The notes below the pieces were generated by a model, which saw nothing but the letters and a program-made list of their open reading frames with translations, did no database searches and was not told the DNA's origin. Both the position numbers and the translations under genes were made by a program. Below are positions 1 through 7,577 of a stretch of 32,000 nucleotides of DNA, in pieces. The DNA is from Candidatus Saganbacteria bacterium (GTDB taxonomy: Bacteria > Margulisbacteria > WOR-1 > JAKLHX01). The DNA lies in contig JAPLKZ010000010.1 in assembly GCA_026387835.1 (NCBI GenBank), positions 236,379 through 268,378 on the forward strand, in the 5' to 3' direction. The first letter of the stretch is position 1, and each line of letters starts with the position of its first letter.

Positions 1-434
1 CCCATCGCATCAGACCCGTAGATGGATGAGATCGGCTCCGCGACTACCTCGATCCTGTCTATGTACGAGGCCGGAATATCGTTCAGGTCGGTCATGCCGA
101 GAAGCGAGGAATTCAACCTGACGCCGTCAAGAAGCACTAGGATCTGTTCCGACGAAGCGCTTTTCAGTTTGATCGTGGATACTCCTCCCAGGCCTCCGTT
201 GTTCTTTACATATACTATGCTGGACCTTTTGAGCGCGTCGGAAACTGTAAGCGAGCCCGAGGCTTCGATCTCCCTTGAAGAGATGACCGTCACATTCTCG
301 AACGTCCTGCTCAAAAGAAGAGGCCTTTTCTGAGCGGTCACAACGACCTTGTCTCCGTAAAATACAGGGGCATCGGCTGCGAGGACCGGGGCAAAAAACA
401 GAGGCAGGAACAATAAGCAGATCGCCTTTTTCAT
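1..434 (-). CDS. btuB: TonB-dependent receptor (vitamin B12 transporter BtuB-like), N-terminal part, truncated by window edge
   Basis: Reverse-strand translation MKKAICLLFLPLFFAPVLAADAPVFYGDKVVVTAQKRPLLLSRTFENVTVISSREIEASGSLTVSDALKRSSIVYV...LDGVRLNSSLLGMTDLNDIPASYIDRIEVVAEPISSIYGSDAMG; signal peptide, TonB-box-like segment and plug domain motifs (LLDGVRLN, IPASYIDRIEVV..P.SSIYGSDAMG). Start ATG at 434-432 with GGAG upstream; preceded by a cobalamin riboswitch. Confidence 0.85.
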   Translation of the reverse strand, partial: MKKAICLLFLPLFFAPVLAADAPVFYGDKVVVTAQKRPLLLSRTFENVTVISSREIEASGSLTVSDALKRSSIVYVKNNGGLGGVSTIKLKSASSEQILVLLDGVRLNSSLLGMTDLNDIPASYIDRIEVVAEPISSIYGSDAM

Positions 435-438
435 CTTA

Positions 439-472
439 CACTCCTTTTTCCCATTCCGCGAGGATGGGAGTG
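439..472 (-). promoter_or_regulatory. Putative expression platform: Shine-Dalgarno-sequestering hairpin
   Basis: Minus strand CACTCCCATCCTCGCGGAATGGGAAAAAGGAGTG: CACTCC can pair with GGAGTG, which contains the SD of the downstream ATG. Confidence 0.55.
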
Positions 473-479
473 CTAATAC

Positions 480-635
480 TATACAGGCAAGGTCTTCTGA
501 CTTACGGATCGTCCTCCCCTGCTCCTTCCCGTCCTGGACTTTTCGATGGACAGTGGTATCAGCAGGTTCGTCCCCGTATACAGCGCCGGGAGCGTTCGTG
601 ATTCAAACACGATTCCCTTTTCCTGTACGCAAAAA
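480..635 (-). promoter_or_regulatory. Cobalamin (AdoCbl) riboswitch aptamer
   Basis: Minus strand reads AAAAGGGAATCGTGTTTGAATCACGAACGCTCCCGGCGCTGTATACGGG...CCACTGTCC...GACGGGAAGGAGCAGGGGAGGACGATCCGTAAGTCAGAAGACCTTGCC, matching the conserved GGGAA.../GAATC, CCACTG, GGGAAG and B12-box (AAGTCAGRAGACCT.GCC) elements of cobalamin riboswitches, directly upstream of a BtuB-like gene. Confidence 0.93.
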
Positions 636-663
636 GATTGTAGCACGGGAGGCTCAAATGATG

Positions 664-1338
664 TCAAGAGGTTGCACCTGCTATCACGATCGTAATTTCT
701 CCGAGTATTTCTTTGCTTGAAAAATGCTCCGTTGCCTCTTCAACCGTTCCCCTGAATATTTCCTCAAATTTTTTGGTAAGTTCTCTGGCAATGCAGATAT
801 TTCTGTCCCCCAAAATATCCTTGATGTCTTTAAGTGTTTTCAAAAGCCTGTGCGGGGATTCGTAAATAATTACCGTTCTTTCTTCATCGACCAGTTTTCG
901 TAATATTCTTCTCCTGCCTTTTCCCTCGCTCGGGAGGAACCCTTCAAAAACGAACCTTTTTGTGCTCAGCCCTGACCCAGCCAGCGCGTTGATGATAGCG
1001 GACGGGCCCGGGATGACAACGACCTGGATATTGTTATCTATAGCTTCCTTTATAAGCTCTTCTCCTGGGTCGGATATCCCGGGCATGCCCGCATCGCTGA
1101 CCAGTGCAACATTCTTCCCGTCAAGAAGCTGGCCGATCAAATATTTGGATTTTTCTTTTATGTTGAACTTGTGATATGAGGTCGTCTTTGTCCTGATCTC
1201 AAAATGTTCAAGGAGCTTTTTTGTCTGTCTTGTGTCCTCCGCCGCGATCAGGTCTGCTTCTTTGAGCGTCCTTATCAGGCGGAGTGATGAGTCCTCAAGG
1301 TTGCCGATAGGAGTGGCGCAGACAAAGAGCGATGCCAT
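664..1338 (-). CDS. rsmI: 16S rRNA (cytidine(1402)-2'-O)-methyltransferase RsmI
   Basis: ORF 224 aa: LFVCATPIGNLEDSSLRLIRTLKEADLIAAEDTRQTKKLL..ALVSDAGMPGISDPGEELI..VVVIPGPSAIINALAGSGL..FVFEGFLPSEGKGRR, hallmark SAM-dependent tetrapyrrole methylase/RsmI motifs. Confidence 0.96.
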   Translation of the reverse strand: MASLFVCATPIGNLEDSSLRLIRTLKEADLIAAEDTRQTKKLLEHFEIRTKTTSYHKFNIKEKSKYLIGQLLDGKNVALVSDAGMPGISDPGEELIKEAIDNNIQVVVIPGPSAIINALAGSGLSTKRFVFEGFLPSEGKGRRRILRKLVDEERTVIIYESPHRLLKTLKDIKDILGDRNICIARELTKKFEEIFRGTVEEATEHFSSKEILGEITIVIAGATS

Positions 1339-1341
1339 TTT

Positions 1342-1767
1342 TTAAAGGCCTATGATCTCTTTGACCTTATCCGAGAACGTGTCTTCCTTTATTTCTTCGC
1401 CGGCAAATTCTTTCACTTCTCCCATCGTCACTTTACCCCTGTACGAAGCGCCCTCGTCGACCGAGAGCCGGTTGCCGGATATATCCCCGAATATTTTGCC
1501 GTTCTTTTTTATCTCGACGCTTTCCTTGGAAGCGACATTGCCTTTTACCTGGCCTGCCACTATTACGTTCTTTCCTTCGACGTTCCCATGGACGGTCCCC
1601 TTCGCCGAAATATAGACCTCGGCGGCACTATTCACATTTCCTTCCAGCGTCCCGTCCAGCCTGAACGAGCCGGTAGTCTTGATCTCGCCTTTTACTGTTG
1701 TGTCTTCCCCGATTATCGAACCTATCATCCCTTGTCCTGCTCCCTGCTTTGCGTCAAACATGCCCAT
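1342..1767 (-). CDS. Bactofilin family polymer-forming cytoskeletal protein
   Basis: 141 aa; short beta-helix repeats (IIGEDTTVKGEIKTTGSFRLDGTLEGNVNSAAEVYISAKGTVHGNVEGKNVIVAGQVKGNVASKESVEIKKNGKIFGDI), typical bactofilin core. Confidence 0.92.
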   Translation of the reverse strand: MGMFDAKQGAGQGMIGSIIGEDTTVKGEIKTTGSFRLDGTLEGNVNSAAEVYISAKGTVHGNVEGKNVIVAGQVKGNVASKESVEIKKNGKIFGDISGNRLSVDEGASYRGKVTMGEVKEFAGEEIKEDTFSDKVKEIIGL

Positions 1768-1770
1768 TTT

Positions 1771-2649
1771 TCACCTTCCAATATTCGCGTTTATAATGCT
1801 TAAGTTAAGATATGCTATGGGGTTAATTTTAGCACCGTTCCTTATTACTTCATAGTGCAGATGCGGACCGGTGGCAGATCCCGTCATCCCGACATATGCG
1901 ATCTTCTGGCCTTTTTTTACCTTTTGCCCGTCTGTAACTATAAAAGATGACAGGTGCCCGTATAAAGTCTCGATCCCGAAATGGTGATCTATCACAACGG
2001 TTCTGCCGTATCCAGACCTCCATCCCGCATAGCTCACGACACCATCAGCAGAGGACCTTACTGCATCACCGTAGTGCGCATCAATATCGACACCGCTGTG
2101 AAAACTGGGCCAGGGAAATACTCTGTAGCCGAATTTTGAGACTATTTTCCCGTATGCCGGCCATATCGAAGGCGTGTTCGCAAATCTTTTTCTGAATTCA
2201 GTGATCAGCGATTCAAGCTCTTTTATATTATTGCTGCTTTCTTTCACGTTCTTTTCCAGAAAATTTAGTTTATGGCCGATATCTCTATTGACAGCGTTTT
2301 CATCCTTTATCAGGCTTATCTTGCTTGGCCGCTCCTGCAGGCCCAGTAATTTCCTGATCTGGTTTTGTTTTTCGTCAATTTCGCGCAATGAAAGGGCCAG
2401 GTCATCCGTTTTTTTTGAGTATTTATCGACCTCTTTGCTTTGTCCCGCTGCTTTGGATTTAAAGTCTTCATAAGAGACGATCTTTCTGGTCACATGTGAG
2501 GAATAGACCAGTGAAGAAACAAGTACGACGACAGAAGTAACAAACACGAACATTACAACATGCACCAGCCAGCGCGGAACTTTAAGCGATATCGTAGGCT
2601 TGTTAGATGAATGCGGGATAAGTATAAAAGTAAAATATTCTTTTTGCAT
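1771..2649 (-). CDS. M23 family metallopeptidase (murein endopeptidase) with N-terminal TM and coiled coil
   Basis: 292 aa; GYRVFPWPSFHSGVDIDAHYGDAVRSSADGVVSYAGWRSGYGRTVVIDHHFGIETLYGHLSSF...GSATGPHLHYEVIRNG (M23 motifs HxxxD and HxH). Confidence 0.93.
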   Translation of the reverse strand: MQKEYFTFILIPHSSNKPTISLKVPRWLVHVVMFVFVTSVVVLVSSLVYSSHVTRKIVSYEDFKSKAAGQSKEVDKYSKKTDDLALSLREIDEKQNQIRKLLGLQERPSKISLIKDENAVNRDIGHKLNFLEKNVKESSNNIKELESLITEFRKRFANTPSIWPAYGKIVSKFGYRVFPWPSFHSGVDIDAHYGDAVRSSADGVVSYAGWRSGYGRTVVIDHHFGIETLYGHLSSFIVTDGQKVKKGQKIAYVGMTGSATGPHLHYEVIRNGAKINPIAYLNLSIINANIGR

Positions 2650-2857
2650 TTTTTAAGGGTTTTTATTTTGGGCTTTTGCTTGGTGCTTGCTCCCAAAAAA
2701 TGAGTTCAAAAATAGGGCCGGTCTGTTTTTGTGTATGTATATTATACCATTTTCAGGTGGTCTATTACAATTTCGGCACCTCGAAATATGGGTGAAATTT
2801 CACAAAAAACCTGTCGAGATAGATATGTCAGGAAAAACATTACAGGAGGTACTTAAT

Positions 2858-4651
2858 ATGCCGGTAAGAACAGGCCATGTCCAAAGCATCGGAATTTCAT
2901 ATGGGTCATTTCGTGAGACAATAAAAGGTTCGTTTGATAGCGGGACCGTAAACTCGATAAGAGAATCTTTAAGCTTATTGTCCGGAAGGCTTGGGGCATA
3001 CCCATTGGGCGACGAACATTTCACGGCTGTCGCCTCTTCACCGTCTTATAATGTTCATTCTCATTGCGCCGTTGAGATGGTTAAAACCTTGGGTCTTGTC
3101 TCTCCGAGAACAGACGCAGGTCCTTTATCTAACCTCGCAAGCCATAATATCTACTCAATAATGGCCGCCGGACTGATACAACGCGACAGAGGGTTAGTAG
3201 CCGGTGATAAACCCTTTTGCGAGCAGCTTGAAGGGGTTTTAAATATGATCGAACTGCTGAAAGGCCCTAGTTCAGATGCCCCGGAATTTAAAAAAGCAAA
3301 AGGCGGCGTGTTCGCTCACTCCATAGACAGATTCATCAAGGTTTCCGGCAACAGCATGTCATTTGATTCGCCCACAATGGTCGGCCTTGATACGATGCTG
3401 AAGATAGCAATGGCAAACGGCTTCTGCATACCTGCCTGCAATGTCAACAATATGGAAATGCTCGAGGCAGGGGTCGTTGCGGCTGCTTTGACAAGATCGC
3501 CGATAATATTTGAATGGTCTCCCGGATCTTTCAAGTATAACGGCGGCGCCGTCGTCCCCAGTTTTATCACACGGCTTGAGCCTCTAAAAGCGATCGTAGC
3601 CGGACTCGGTTTCCCGTACGCTTGCCACCTTGACCACGGGACATGGGATGCGGTAATAGAAGCTCTTAACGCGGGATTTACTTCAGTAATGTATGATCCT
3701 TCCGAAACCGGTAAAAAGAAGGTCTCATACCAGGACAACCTCCGCCTCTCTACAGAAATGGCAAAAATGGCGCACGCTAAAGGTGTCGCCATCGAATTGG
3801 AGCTTGGAGGAAAAGAAGGGTCGTTCGGCGATCTTTCGGCCATGGCATCCGCGGAAAGACTGGGATACATGACCGATCCGGAACAGGCAGTCGACTTTGT
3901 CGGAAAAACGGGAGCTGATGTCCTTGCGATCTCAATAGGAAATTCACATGGCGCGCAAAAGTTCGCGGGAAAAGCGTTCATTGATATTGAACATGTATGC
4001 AGGATCAGAGAAAAGCTTGACGCGGCCGGATTCAAGCATGTTCCGCTGGTTTTCCACGGCGGGTCTGACAGATCACCTTTCGCGGATGAAATAGCGCGGC
4101 TGATCGGAAAACCCTACGATAAGAACCCGTCCGGCACGCCGATAGAATTTCAGGTGCGCGCCGTGAAAGAAGGAAGGGTCGCAAAACTAAATCTTGATAC
4201 GATATTCAGGCTTGCGCAGGCCGAAGGTGTCCTTGCCATGAGGCAGGTGATGGACTCGTATATCCTCAAGAAAGGCACTGATGATTTCAGGGCACATATC
4301 GGTGTTCCCTGGAGGGTCACGCTTGTTAACGAGTTCATGAGGAAACTGGTAGAGCTCGGGGCAGCCGGACAGGCAATGACGGTCCTGCGTCAGGTCTGCC
4401 TTGAAAAAGCAACGACAGAAGTTGCCAAAGTGCTCACAAAACAGAAGGCTTCCGTACTAGAAACATCGACTGCCGCGGGACTTGGAGCTGATCCTTTAGA
4501 CATTACCAGACTTGCGGTAAAACTCGAGCTACGAGACGATCAGATAGCTGGCGCACAAACTGTCGGAAATATAGCAAATGTCATGGCCGCAAAGCTTGCA
4601 GGCTCGGAACAAGAAGGTCAGGAAAGTAAAGCGGGAAAAGATCTGGAATAA
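2858..4651 (+). CDS. Class II fructose-bisphosphate aldolase-like protein with long N- and C-terminal extensions
   Basis: ORF 2687..4651; start placed at 2858 (ATG preceded by CAGGAGGT). Core motifs: HLDHGTWDAVIEALNAGFTSVMYDPSE, IELELGGKEG, LVFHGGSDRS, VAKLNLDT. About 190 aa precede the aldolase core. Confidence 0.85.
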   Translation: MPVRTGHVQSIGISYGSFRETIKGSFDSGTVNSIRESLSLLSGRLGAYPLGDEHFTAVASSPSYNVHSHCAVEMVKTLGLVSPRTDAGPLSNLASHNIYSIMAAGLIQRDRGLVAGDKPFCEQLEGVLNMIELLKGPSSDAPEFKKAKGGVFAHSIDRFIKVSGNSMSFDSPTMVGLDTMLKIAMANGFCIPACNVNNMEMLEAGVVAAALTRSPIIFEWSPGSFKYNGGAVVPSFITRLEPLKAIVAGLGFPYACHLDHGTWDAVIEALNAGFTSVMYDPSETGKKKVSYQDNLRLSTEMAKMAHAKGVAIELELGGKEGSFGDLSAMASAERLGYMTDPEQAVDFVGKTGADVLAISIGNSHGAQKFAGKAFIDIEHVCRIREKLDAAGFKHVPLVFHGGSDRSPFADEIARLIGKPYDKNPSGTPIEFQVRAVKEGRVAKLNLDTIFRLAQAEGVLAMRQVMDSYILKKGTDDFRAHIGVPWRVTLVNEFMRKLVELGAAGQAMTVLRQVCLEKATTEVAKVLTKQKASVLETSTAAGLGADPLDITRLAVKLELRDDQIAGAQTVGNIANVMAAKLAGSEQEGQESKAGKDLE

Positions 4652-4668
4652 TAAGCTTGCTTAAAAAA

Positions 4669-4760
4669 TCGGGACGGCGGGATTTTCCGCCAAAGGCGGA
4701 CCCGCCTCCGGCGGGGAACCCACGACCTCCCCGATCCGATCGGGGCGCGCTACCAAGCTA
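4669..4760 (-). pseudogene. tRNA-Pro-like remnant, 5' part missing, T-loop interrupted by 30-nt double palindrome
   Basis: Minus strand: TAGCTTGGTAGCGCG-CCCCG-ATCGGAT-CGGGG-AGGTC-GTGGG-TTC[CCCGCCGGAGGCGGG TCCGCCTTTGGCGGA]AAAT-CCCGC-CGTCCCG-A. Aligns with the intact tRNA-Pro immediately upstream but lacks the 5' acceptor strand. Confidence 0.7.
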
Positions 4761-4772
4761 TGAATATCAAAA

Positions 4773-4846
4773 TCGGGGTGGTGGGATTTGAACCCACGGC
4801 CTCACGGTCCCGAACCGTGCACGCTACCAAGCTGCGCTACACCCCG
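4773..4846 (-). tRNA. tRNA-Pro (anticodon CGG)
   Basis: CGGGGTG-TA-GCGC-AGCTTGGTA-GCGT-G-CACGG-TTCGGGA-CCGTG-AGGCC-GTGGG-TTCAAAT-CCCAC-CACCCCG-A; complete 74-nt cloverleaf, 7-bp acceptor, 5-bp anticodon and T stems. Confidence 0.96.
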
Positions 4847-4892
4847 TTTCGACTAATGACCGATAACTAACAACTGATAACAGCTGAATTTC

Positions 4893-6122
4893 TTATTTAG
4901 ACAGTTCGAACGCTTCGTGAAGGACTTGTACCGCCTTTTTCGCCAGTTTCTCGTCGACCACGCACGATATCCTGATCTCCGAAGTGCTTATCATCTGGAT
5001 ATTAATGTCGTTTTTCGCAAGAGATTCGAACATCTTCGCCGCGACACCGGGAGCTCCAACCATTCCAATCCCGACCAGGGATATTTTGGCAACGCTGTCA
5101 TCGGACACTACTTCTTTCGCGCCTATCTTTTTCGCCACGCCGTTTACGACTTCGAGGGCTTTCTTGAGGTCGCTGTGCGCGACAGTAAAGGCCATGTCGG
5201 CCACATTACCGCCGTGGATGCTCTGTATTATCATGTCGACGCTGATGTTGCTTTCTGCGAGAGCGGTAAATATTTTTGAAGCGATACCCGGCTTGTCAGG
5301 CACCTGAAGCACGCCGATCTTTGCCACATTTTCATCATGGGCGACTCCTGTTACCAGTCCTCTTTTCTCCATTTCTTTGACCTCCTTAGGTGACAGCGTT
5401 GTTATCATCGTTCCTTCGTTCTCGTTCAGGCTTGAGCGGACATGAATATTTATGCCGTAGATCTTTCCGCACTCGACAGACCTGGGATGCATCACCCCTG
5501 CACCTGCTGAAGCAAGCTCCAGTATCTCTTCATGGGCTATCCTGTCAAGCTTTTTCGCATCGGGCACGATCCTCGGGTCCGCAGTATAGATCCCATCAAC
5601 ATCAGTGTAAATCTCGCAGACATCCGCTTTTAACGCGGCAGCTATTACGACCGCAGACGTGTCGGAACCTCCCCTGCCGATCGTCGTAATGTCGCCTTTG
5701 CTATCCACGCCCTGGAAACCTGTGACAACAACAATTTTCCCTTCCGCGATCTCTTTTTTAAGCCTCTGGAATTTTACGTCCTTGATCCTGGCTTTTGACG
5801 GGATATCTTCAGTAATGACACCGGCCTGTCCGCCTGTAAGCGATATTGCCTTTTCTCCTAATTCTATTATCGCCGATGCGAGCAGGGCAGCGGACACCTG
5901 TTCTCCAGTTGAAATGAGCATGTCATACTCTCTCGGATCAGGGTCGCTTGTGATTTGTTTTAAAAGCGATATCAACTCGTCTGTCGTATGTCCCATCGCA
6001 GAAACGATGACTACTACATCATTGCCGGCTTTTTTTGTCTTGACGACCCGCTTGGCAACATTCTTTATCTTTTCGGCGGACCCTACTGAAGTTCCGCCGT
6101 ATTTTTGGACAACAATTGGCAT
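4893..6122 (-). CDS. lysC: Aspartate kinase (with C-terminal ACT domains)
   Basis: 409 aa; VVQKYGGTSVG start, VVSAMGHTTDELI, GRGGSDTSAVVIAAALKADVCEIYTDVDGIYTADPRIVPDA, ACT region VGIGMVGAPGVAAKMFESLAKNDINIQMISTSEIRISCVV. Confidence 0.97.
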   Translation of the reverse strand: MPIVVQKYGGTSVGSAEKIKNVAKRVVKTKKAGNDVVVIVSAMGHTTDELISLLKQITSDPDPREYDMLISTGEQVSAALLASAIIELGEKAISLTGGQAGVITEDIPSKARIKDVKFQRLKKEIAEGKIVVVTGFQGVDSKGDITTIGRGGSDTSAVVIAAALKADVCEIYTDVDGIYTADPRIVPDAKKLDRIAHEEILELASAGAGVMHPRSVECGKIYGINIHVRSSLNENEGTMITTLSPKEVKEMEKRGLVTGVAHDENVAKIGVLQVPDKPGIASKIFTALAESNISVDMIIQSIHGGNVADMAFTVAHSDLKKALEVVNGVAKKIGAKEVVSDDSVAKISLVGIGMVGAPGVAAKMFESLAKNDINIQMISTSEIRISCVVDEKLAKKAVQVLHEAFELSK

Positions 6123-6224
6123 AGAAACACCTTTCTAATAGATTATAACATTTTTTAAGCGGCGGCCTTTATCCTTCCCTCTCCCTGAAGGAGAAAGTTG
6201 GTGTGAGGGTAAAGAAAAATGCAG

Positions 6225-6791
6225 TTATCTCAAATCCTCGATAAGCCGGACCGTGTATTCGTCGCCTCGATCCCCCGGAGGGAAACTGCGGCGGCCAGTT
6301 ACTCCAAGTTGACAAAGATAAAAATAATTGCCGAAATAAATACTTGTTGTCCATTCCCAATTTCTTCCGGATAGTTTGCATTTGACTTTTGTAACAGCAT
6401 CGAACCATTCTTCACTGGTCGGGACCCTAAATCTTCTCCCTGTAATCTCGCTTAACCATTTAGAATATGCCCGGCCGTCATTCAGGCTTAAATGTCCCGC
6501 CATTTCTCTTTGACTTGCCCTGGCAAGAATATCCTGTAAAAGTCCCGCGTTATTGCCAATAATTTCGTATTGTGCGCTTCTAACAAATTGTTTGAGCTGA
6601 TCTGTTGTGAGCTCGTCTTTCATCATTCTAAAAGGCATTCCGGGAACTTTTGTGAACCGATGGCTTTCTATGAACTTTCTGAAGTTTACACCATGAGCCC
6701 ACTTTCGGCTGATAGGTTGGTCTGGCCGCGACAATCCCAGCATGCTACTTCTTGTCCGGACTTCCGCAGCGCTTCCGATTTTCATCATCAT
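6225..6791 (-). CDS. Small SUMF1/formylglycine-generating-enzyme-like domain protein (copy A)
   Basis: 188 aa; VPGMPFRMMKDELTTDQLKQFV...LSLNDGRAYSKWLSEITGRRFRVPTSEEWFDAVTK...NWEWT...YTVRLIEDLR, similar to the C-terminal FGE-sulfatase motif set. Confidence 0.72.
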   Translation of the reverse strand: MMMKIGSAAEVRTRSSMLGLSRPDQPISRKWAHGVNFRKFIESHRFTKVPGMPFRMMKDELTTDQLKQFVRSAQYEIIGNNAGLLQDILARASQREMAGHLSLNDGRAYSKWLSEITGRRFRVPTSEEWFDAVTKVKCKLSGRNWEWTTSIYFGNYFYLCQLGVTGRRSFPPGDRGDEYTVRLIEDLR

Positions 6792-6888
6792 TTTTCTCCT
6801 TTCGATATTTTTGCCCAGTCCTCATCCGATTAAACTAGGGTGGCATTTTCATCCGAATACATATCGAACAGAAATATGGGGAATTTCA

Positions 6889-7452
6889 TTATTTAACTTC
6901 TTCGATAAGTCGGACCGAGTAGGGGTTGTAGCGGACTTCTTCATGGTGGTTGCCGCGGTTTTCGTAGCCTCGGCAGCGAATAAAGAAGTAGTTTCCTATA
7001 AAAGGAGTGTCCGTCCACTCCCAATTGTCTCCGGATAGTTTATCTCTGACTCGCATCGTGGCATCTGACCATTCTTGTTCGGTCGGGACCCTAAATCTTC
7101 TTTCGGTCATTTTGCTTAACCATTCAGCATATGCCCTGCCGTCATTCAGGCTCAAAAATGTTGCTGTTCTGTTTTGTTCTGCTGCGTCAAGAACTTTTTT
7201 TAAAGCTCCAGCGTTATGGCCTGTAATTTCGCATCCTGAGATATCGACGAATGCTTTAAATTGCAAGATGGTGAGCTCGCTTTTCATTATTCTAAAAAGC
7301 ATTCCGGGGACATCAATGAAATTGTGGCCTTCCATGAACTTTTGAATGTCTATACCAGGGGGCACCGTTCGGCCGACAGGTTGGCCAGGCCGCGACAACA
7401 TCAGCCTGCCTACTGTCATTACTTGACCTGCGATCCTCCTGATTATTGCCAT
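6889..7452 (-). CDS. Small SUMF1/formylglycine-generating-enzyme-like domain protein (copy B, tandem paralog)
   Basis: 187 aa; VPGMLFRIMKSELTILQFKAFVDISGCEITGHNAGALKKVLDAAEQ...FLSLNDGRAYAEWLSKMTERRFRVPTEQEWSDATMRV...NWEWTDTPFIGNYFFIRCRGYENRG...YSVRLIEEVK; clear paralog of 6225..6791. Confidence 0.74.
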   Translation of the reverse strand: MAIIRRIAGQVMTVGRLMLSRPGQPVGRTVPPGIDIQKFMEGHNFIDVPGMLFRIMKSELTILQFKAFVDISGCEITGHNAGALKKVLDAAEQNRTATFLSLNDGRAYAEWLSKMTERRFRVPTEQEWSDATMRVRDKLSGDNWEWTDTPFIGNYFFIRCRGYENRGNHHEEVRYNPYSVRLIEEVK

Positions 7453-7562
7453 CGTTTTTCACCTTTAGATATTGTCAATATTATTGCCCTTGTCCTCGAC
7501 TCCTCCAAAGAGGTTTTTTTTCATCTATATATGTATCGAACAGATATTCCGGAAGTTTCACA

Positions 7563-7571
7563 TGTTATAAT
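7563..7571 (+). promoter_or_regulatory. Extended -10 promoter element (TGTTATAAT) placing the TSS at the YajQ start codon
   Basis: TGTTATAAT ends 6 nt before ATG at 7578; no Shine-Dalgarno before the ATG. Confidence 0.5.
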
Positions 7572-7577
7572 TCTCCC

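Noticed and set aside
22-333. 103-aa plus-strand ORF at the window start
   Set aside because: Antisense to the TonB-dependent receptor coding sequence.
479-667. 62-aa ORF upstream of rsmI region
   Set aside because: Coincides with the cobalamin riboswitch aptamer, so it is structured RNA rather than coding sequence.
3316-4035. 239-aa minus-strand ORF inside the aldolase-like gene
   Set aside because: Antisense to the conserved aldolase core; no RBS or motif support.
4669-4760. Calling the tRNA-like copy a functional intron-containing tRNA
   Set aside because: No 5' acceptor strand is present upstream of TAGCTTGG, and the insertion is in the T-loop rather than the anticodon loop; treated as a remnant.
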